Of a stretch of DNA of 62,000 nt, positions 55,751 to 62,000 are shown one piece after another. The stretch is from Wallemia ichthyophaga EXF-994 (taxonomy: Eukaryota; Fungi; Basidiomycota), in assembly GCF_000400465.1 (NCBI RefSeq), contig NW_008806277.1, forward strand, positions 82,001 through 144,000. Reading direction: 5' to 3'. Made by a program: the position numbers and the translations under genes. Position 1 is the first letter of the stretch; each line of letters starts with the position of its first letter. The notes beneath the pieces are model-generated. The model did no database searches and had not been told where the DNA came from. It worked only from the letters and a program-made list of their open reading frames with translations.

Positions 55751-56823
55751 ATGGCAGCAGCAACAGCGTCAGCGTCACCAGTGATAAACAATCTAAACCC
55801 AGGCCAGTATGTTGGATTCGATTCGTGGGTTTTGTATAAATCACAGGGACTATCTGACAGCACACAGCATTACCCGCCAAATCGAGACTAAACTTCTCAA
55901 GCGTGGTTTTCAATTTAATGTTATGGTCCGTAGAAGCCTCGGAATCAATCAAATCTCACTCACCCCGCTCTCAGGTCGTCGGCCAAACTGGTCTCGGAAA
56001 ATCCACTCTAGTAAACACGCTATTCGCATCACAGCTGATCGATTCAAAGGGACGCTTGAACCCCGACGAGCAATCACGCTCTACCACTGAAATTCAGACT
56101 GTCTCCCACGTTGTCCAGGAAAATGGCGTTCGACTCCGCTTAAACATCGTAGACACCCCTGGCTTCGGCGATCACGTAAACAATGATGGCTGCTGGGAAC
56201 CTATCGTCAAATATATCAAAGACCAGCACTCTGCTTACCTCCGTAAGGAACTCACTGCGATGCGTGACAAGTACATTGTAGACACCCGAGTACACGCTTG
56301 TGTCTACTTTATCAACCCCTCTGGCCATAGTTTACGCCCTATCGACGTTATTGTCATGAAAAAGTTGGCTGAAGTCGTCAACGTTATACCTGTCATCGCC
56401 AAATCTGACTCTTTAACCTTAACCGAGCGTGAAGCGTTCAAGTCGAGAATCGCTTCTGAATTGGCTTACCACCAGATTAAAATGTATCCTTTTGACGCCG
56501 AAGACGACGATAGAGACGAGAGAGACATCAACGAAGGTGTCCGCGAAACTCTCCCTTTCGCTATTATTGGCTCACAGAAGACTCTCAACGTTAACGGCAA
56601 TCAGGTTAGAGGGCGTAAAACGCGTTGGGGCGTGATTGATGTTGAGAATGAAGACCACTGCGAATTTGTTAAGCTTCGTAACTTCCTCACTAGAACTCAC
56701 CTACAAGATCTCATCGAAACTACTGCGCAAATCCACTACGAGGCTTTTAGATCGAAGCAGCTGCTCGCTCTCAAGAACCAGGCTAACACCCCGTCTAAGC
56801 CTCAAGAAACTGCTTCTCCATGA
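55751..56823 (+). CDS. CDC10: Septin Cdc10/AspD
   Basis: [48 protein letters not shown], AKSD, no C-terminal coiled coil. Introns about 55825-55867 and 55926-55974. Confidence 0.93.
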
Positions 56824-56934
56824 GTATGTGTTTGATATACCCTGAAATGAGCCAATGAGCCACTTGATTGTGTTAAGATTTTCACTTGTCTTGTCTAATT
56901 CCTTTTACATATACAATGCTTGTTGAATTTAACC

Positions 56935-57892
56935 ATGATGAGTGTCTTTAGTAAGGGTGCAGGGAATGTGCTGTTTAAAATGGACAGTGATATGCTTCTC
57001 AGAGTGAGGATGGATAAGGATGGAGAAGGGTGTATCGATAGCGAGGAGGAGTACGACGATGTTATCAGGAAAATTTTACCGTGGCTCAATCCTGCGCAGT
57101 TTCTGAGTGTGGATAATGACCAGCTGAAAGCGCTGGATCCTGACAACGCATATCACCTCACAACCTCAGCCCAAGTCACTGAAAATCTTATCAAGGAGTA
57201 TGATTTGGTGGTGGAAATAAAGGTGGGTGGTTGATCATATGTTTTGGCATCAGTCAGCTCACTCTCAGTAGCCAAAATGGGCATCTCTTCCTAATCCACT
57301 CTCTGTGGGTCTGAGACACTCGCGTATGAAGCTCAAGTGTAGCTTCCAGAGCGAGCGCTTGTTCTCGGAAAGCAGGCAGGAGCAGCTGGAAGAGCTATCT
57401 GGATTGATAGATGGTGATAGTAAGTTTCTCACTGTGTTTTCTAAAGGCAGGAAAGTGAGAATGGATAGTGAGACAATAGCCGGTAGACTACAGGAAGCGC
57501 TCAACGATAGCGGCGTTATGCGGGCTATAAAGTACTACCAGCTATACAGCGATCCCTTGGATATACAGCACATCTACCCGCTGGTCAAAGATACCAACAC
57601 ATGCAACCCATCCACCTCGTTTTTACGTGGCGTCATTAACAAGATACCAAAGCACCCGGGACTTCCGACGTGGGGGGATTTGAAGGCTTTTGGGGGAAGT
57701 CTGAGTGGGGAGGAGCTGCTCTACCTCTATTCATTATCGATGACGTTGCGCGATGTGTCTGTGTTAGTGAGATTGTCGCCAGAGACACAGCCAAAGGTGA
57801 AGGTAGTAGACGCAGACTACAAATGTCTATCTAGAATACACAAGTGGTATGAAAGTGACTGTAAATTAAATAATTTTCACGCGACCGGATAA
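56935..57892 (+). CDS. IPK1: Inositol-pentakisphosphate 2-kinase
   Basis: N-terminal GAGNVLF..LLRVR; intron 57223-57271 gives VVEIKPKW; C-terminal MTLRDVSVL and KVVDADYK. Confidence 0.78.
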
Positions 57893-57943
57893 CCGGGTGT
57901 ATGACGGTGCATCACCAGATTAGCCTCTCACTCGCACACCACT

Positions 57944-58806
57944 ATGAACGCACTAAACTCACTGAAAATCAACGCCAACGTTACAAACTCATTAGAGTTG
58001 TTGAAATACACTAATGGTAGAGATAAAGTGTATCGCACGGCGCAATACGCAGCACGTTTACTCGCGTGGTTCTACTCGCGCTACGGTATTCCACAGGGCA
58101 CATTCGCAGGTGTCAGTCTCGATGCCATCAAGGGTGTTTTGAGTACATCGAGGAAGCTGATGCGTCTCGGCAAGCCAGTTGAAACGCTCACAGCAGCACT
58201 CAAGACGCTCGACGGCACGAGCAACAACGACATAATCGCCAGATCGCTCTCCGTGATTAGGAACCTCAACTACACTATCTTCCTCTCTTTTGATGGGTTG
58301 ATTTGGTTACATTCTACTAAGATACGCTGCGTGCAGAAATCTACCAATGAGAGATTCATCAGAAACGCTTACACGTTCTGGGCACTCGGCTTACTCTCTG
58401 GTGTTCTCTCTGGCGCTTACAAGGAGCAGATGCTGTCGCGCACCCTCCTCAAGGCTCGTAGACAAGCTCTGAGCGATGAGAAAGATGGTAATGCTAACGT
58501 TGAAAGGGTCGTTAGGTGGGCTCTTTGCTGATTGGCGGACTTTATGCTCTTACTCACTACCTTTACAGCCAACGCGCTTCTTCACGCAAAGCCATGCTTG
58601 AAGATGCCCTCAATCTGCTCATTCCTGTTAAGGGTCTCGATCTGTTTAATATCAACGAAGGTTTCGTTGGCGCAGCAGGGTGAGTCGGAGTCTCTGGCGT
58701 ACTAATTGCTTACTTAACCAACCCCCTCAGCCTCGTTACTTCACTTATGGGCTTACAGTCCCAATGGCACTCTGCCAGCGCTAGTACGGTTACAGCTAGT
58801 AAGTAG
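57944..58806 (+). CDS. PEX11: Peroxisomal biogenesis factor 11
   Basis: TNGRDKVYRTAQYAARL, STSRKLMRLGKP, FWALGL. Two 3' introns. Confidence 0.9.
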
Positions 58807-58939
58807 AGCTGGAATGTGAATCTTAATGAGCATCTGTACAAATATCTGATTTCAATTTCAAACATTTATCATTCCAGCGTCATGTCCTTCTTCCACTACC
58901 GAATATACACAAATACAGTTTTAGATTAGAATAGGCCGA

Positions 58940-60357
58940 ATGAGCATTATAAGTCTGGATAAATATTTTGAAGCAGCAGTATTACCTCCGCTATCACCCA
59001 GCATAATAGTGCAGTGTCTCGAGCAAGAGAAATGGCTAGTGAGGATCGGCGAGGGGTTATTGAATGCATTTCTGGTAAAATTTCCTTGGTTGGAATAGCG
59101 GGGATTGCGCACTGTCTAATGCACAATTCATAACAGCTAGACTATATCTGCTGCAACCATCCCAATTTGGACGTTGGAGCAGTCTTGATGCACCTCACAG
59201 CACCCGCGCTGCTCGCTTGTCTGCTCGACAGTCTTGGTGTGTCTGAACTCAAATCCGAGGAGCGCAAGAAGAGGGCTTTGTACGCGTGAGTGGGCGAGAG
59301 TGACCTCAGCGTTGTCTCACCGTTCTCATTTTCATTGGGGCTATCTACCGCGAACTAAGCCACGATAAACTCGTCAAGTGGCTGCACGATGTGTATCACC
59401 CGCACATTCAACTCGCTGTGCATGACCCTAAGAGGTGCACCAGCCAGGTTATCTCACTCGACGACAGCGACAGCGAGAGTGGGAGTGATGAGAGCGAGGA
59501 GAACTGGGTGCAGGCTGTAGAGGCTTCTTTCGGCGACCTTTCCATGTGCGATACTGGGGAAACCACCATGTCCTCGCAGGATAACCCCTCCCCACCCACT
59601 AGTAGTACCACGAACACCACTAAAACCTCCCCAAACAACGATTTTGCACTTACAGATCTCGTTTCTACCCTATCGAACATTGTCAACCACTTTGAAAACG
59701 ACATGGAGGATCCCTACAAGAGCGAGCGGTATCATTTCCTCAGAATACTCAGAATAAAGGCGCAGGTGCACAACACAAAGAAGGTTGATCGACCAATGGC
59801 TGAATTAGGCCTAGACGTCGGTCACCATGAGCTGCAGTTCCACGAGGCTATCCAGAGCATGCCCAGCTTCCCCTCACACTACCCACCCCCACTTCCTTGG
59901 CTTTCTGATAAAGGAATCTTTGAGACACTCACACCGCGATGTTTATACCCGAGACAGCAATCCATATTCGACAATGAGAGATTGGAGTTTCTCGGCGACA
60001 CCGTTTTGGAGACCATAGTAGTGAGTTGGTTGGGTTGCTTGTGGATTGAGAGGATTCAGACTAAATTATCATCCCCAGACAGACGCGATATTCGACAAAT
60101 TCCCTAAATACCAGCCATGGGATCTCACCAAACTTAGACGAAAGCTGGTAACCAACAACTTTTTCAGCTTCTTCAGCGATCTTTATGGATTGTTTGATAA
60201 ACTACGCGGTTCTCGCACACTTCATCCCAAGAGAAAGGCTGATGTATTCGAAGCATATATCGGTGCGCTGTACAGGGAGTCCGGACACATTTATACCAAT
60301 AAGTGGCTCGTTGAGTTGCTCGAGCCTTTCATTTTCCAGTTTGCTGAGCAGATATGA
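58940..60357 (+). CDS. Tandem RNase III protein: degenerate N-terminal domain plus intact C-terminal domain
   Basis: C-domain NERLEFLGD and KADVFEAYIGALY. N-domain LPPLS..EKWLVRIGEGLLNAFL|LDYI..KKRALYAFIGAIY..WL. Introns 59075-59136, 59286-59329 (non-canonical end) and 60021-60078. The C-domain call is firm; the full model is less certain. Confidence 0.72.
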
Positions 60358-60490
60358 GACGGTACATTGTGCAGTGTTTATACCACCAAAATGAGATACC
60401 ACGATACGTTATAAAATTATCAATTCAAACATTCAAACTTTATAAATATATTCTAAAAGTACACATTGTCTGTCTATCCACATAGCTTGG

Positions 60491-61145
60491 CTAGTTGTTT
60501 TGCGACCATTTGTATTCACATTTCGTGCACGTATAAAAAACAGTAGATCTGCGCGTTGTTTTGTTAGTTGATTAAGTTGCTATGCGAGATTTCTCGATAG
60601 CTCGATCGATTGAATCCTAAACTGTGTATACGCACCCTTCGTCAGCCGAGCCTGGAGGAGTATTGTCAGTAAGGGATTTATGGGAGTGGAGGGAGTGTGG
60701 TGATTGTAGCTAGTGCTACACTACCCTCACAAAACTCACGCAGTTGTAAAGTTTGGAACGTAGCCTTGTCGTGTCCGCAGCTTGGACACTTCTCATCAAT
60801 CTAAAGGACTATTGTCAGCTAAATCTGTAGTATTGTGTCATTAGTCACCTCCGCTCCCGTCGCTTTCGCACCGTCTGCAAGCGTATTCACAACGAGCGAC
60901 TTCTTGAGGTGGAGTGCGGAGGGAAATGCGTTTGGATGTGAACGCGTTTCAATGTTCAAGTTTTCGTACGCTGCGTTTTGCAATCTGATTAGCCAGTATT
61001 CGTATACCCACTTAACTCCCAACACACCTGCACCATTCTCTACTAATCCACACTCTTCACAATTTATCTTGTCATCGTCCGCTGGCGGATTGAGAAGACT
61101 CCCACAACGCTCGCAGAATAATAAACTTCCGATCCTGTTGCTCAT
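60491..61145 (-). CDS. RPA12: RNA polymerase I subunit A12.2
   Basis: N-ribbon GSLLFCERCGSLL..CEEC; C-ribbon IDEKCPSCGH..LQLRSADEGSTVFYTCTKC. Four introns including a 16-nt microexon at 60636-60651. Confidence 0.93.
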
Positions 61146-61248
61146 GTCTTCTCTTTTGGTTAGAGTGCAAGATAATCAAGGCATTTGAAATTGAAAATAT
61201 AATAAAATGTGCTTCTATACAATGTGCTATGTCATGAGGTAATTTATT

Positions 61249-62000
61249 TTACACTGATTGTTTTGCTTGATTCGTTTGGTTCGTTTGATTGTTACGAACC
61301 TGCTGGTCTGGCATCTTGAACATGGGGATCGTGCGTGTGTCGCTTGATACTTCTTGAGAAACGTGCTTGGCTTTGCTTCCAATGGCCATCTTGGCAGTGC
61401 CCTTTTCCAGCCCCTGCAGCAAGACACATGCCTTACACAGTTCGTTCGATGATATGTAACCACACCTCTGACACTTCTGTTGCTTAGGCAACGCATCCTG
61501 AACTACTTCTGATATCCGTATGTTCTCAGCAGAGTGAATAATGTCGATAATCGTAGATGGTCGCAGTGCTTCCAGGTCTTTGATATATGTTCTAGCAAAA
61601 CCTCGATACGCTTCTGGAGAATAGATACACTCTGTGGAGAAGTAGTCTAGTTTCTTGAAGTAAGCATACATGACAATTTCCTTCTCGTAAGTGTATTTGA
61701 ATGGTTTTGATCTGTTGATAGTGTCTTCTCCGCGAGTTGTTATCTCAACACACCTCCCCAGTCTGCTCACATCGCCTCTGAGGATGTTCATCAGTACTGT
61801 CTCTGCAACATCGTCCGCGTTGTGACCGGTGACGATGTGGCTGATGTTCAAACTCGATGCACCTCTATCGAGCGCCTGTCTACGGAACACGCCACAGAAA
61901 GTGCAGTTATTCTTCTTGCCTACTGCCTCCACTATACGATCCATAGTCCAGCCATAGAGCTCGTTGTAGCTGAGTATCTTGAGTGGCAATTGATACTGCT
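61249..62000 (-). CDS. NCS6: Cytoplasmic tRNA 2-thiolation protein 1 (5'-truncated by the window edge)
   Basis: [55 protein letters not shown]. Confidence 0.96.
   Translation of the reverse strand, partial: QYQLPLKILSYNELYGWTMDRIVEAVGKKNNCTFCGVFRRQALDRGASSLNISHIVTGHNADDVAETVLMNILRGDVSRLGRCVEITTRGEDTINRSKPFKYTYEKEIVMYAYFKKLDYFSTECIYSPEAYRGFARTYIKDLEALRPSTIIDIIHSAENIRISEVVQDALPKQQKCQRCGYISSNELCKACVLLQGLEKGTAKMAIGSKAKHVSQEVSSDTRTIPMFKMPDQQVRNNQTNQTNQAKQSV

Overview
Eukaryotic (fungal) genomic DNA, extremely gene-dense. It holds about 34 protein-coding genes with short (mostly 43-76 nt) GT-AG introns carrying CTAAC/CTGAC-type branch sites, and intergenic spacers often under 130 bp. Gene content and compaction point to a basidiomycete with a reduced genome, Wallemia-like (inference, not verified). 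Most genes are housekeeping: SAPS/SAP190, MAP2, PRP22, creB, NBS1, SNF1, U1-70K, RAD5-like, CMR1, RPL19, ATP2, RAC1, CCA1, LIS1, CDC10, IPK1, PEX11, RPA12, NCS6. I found no tRNA, rRNA, CRISPR array or transposon. Best leads from hand-splicing and hand-translation: (1) a gene at 58.9-60.4 kb with a catalytically dead RNase III domain fused to an intact one, a duplicated intron position, no dsRBD/PAZ/helicase, and an intron that appears to end in AT; (2) a decayed tandem paralogue of CMR1/WDR76 in the 'empty' 38.5-39.6 kb region; (3) a U1-70K start codon split by an intron, which reads ATG-TAA if unspliced; (4) a hairpin-containing long intron in PRP22; (5) a non-AUG mitochondrial-type extension on CCA1; (6) degenerate PAK-like and xylulokinase-like enzymes; (7) recurrent 9-nt-period repeats. 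All gene models were spliced by eye and no database searches were run.
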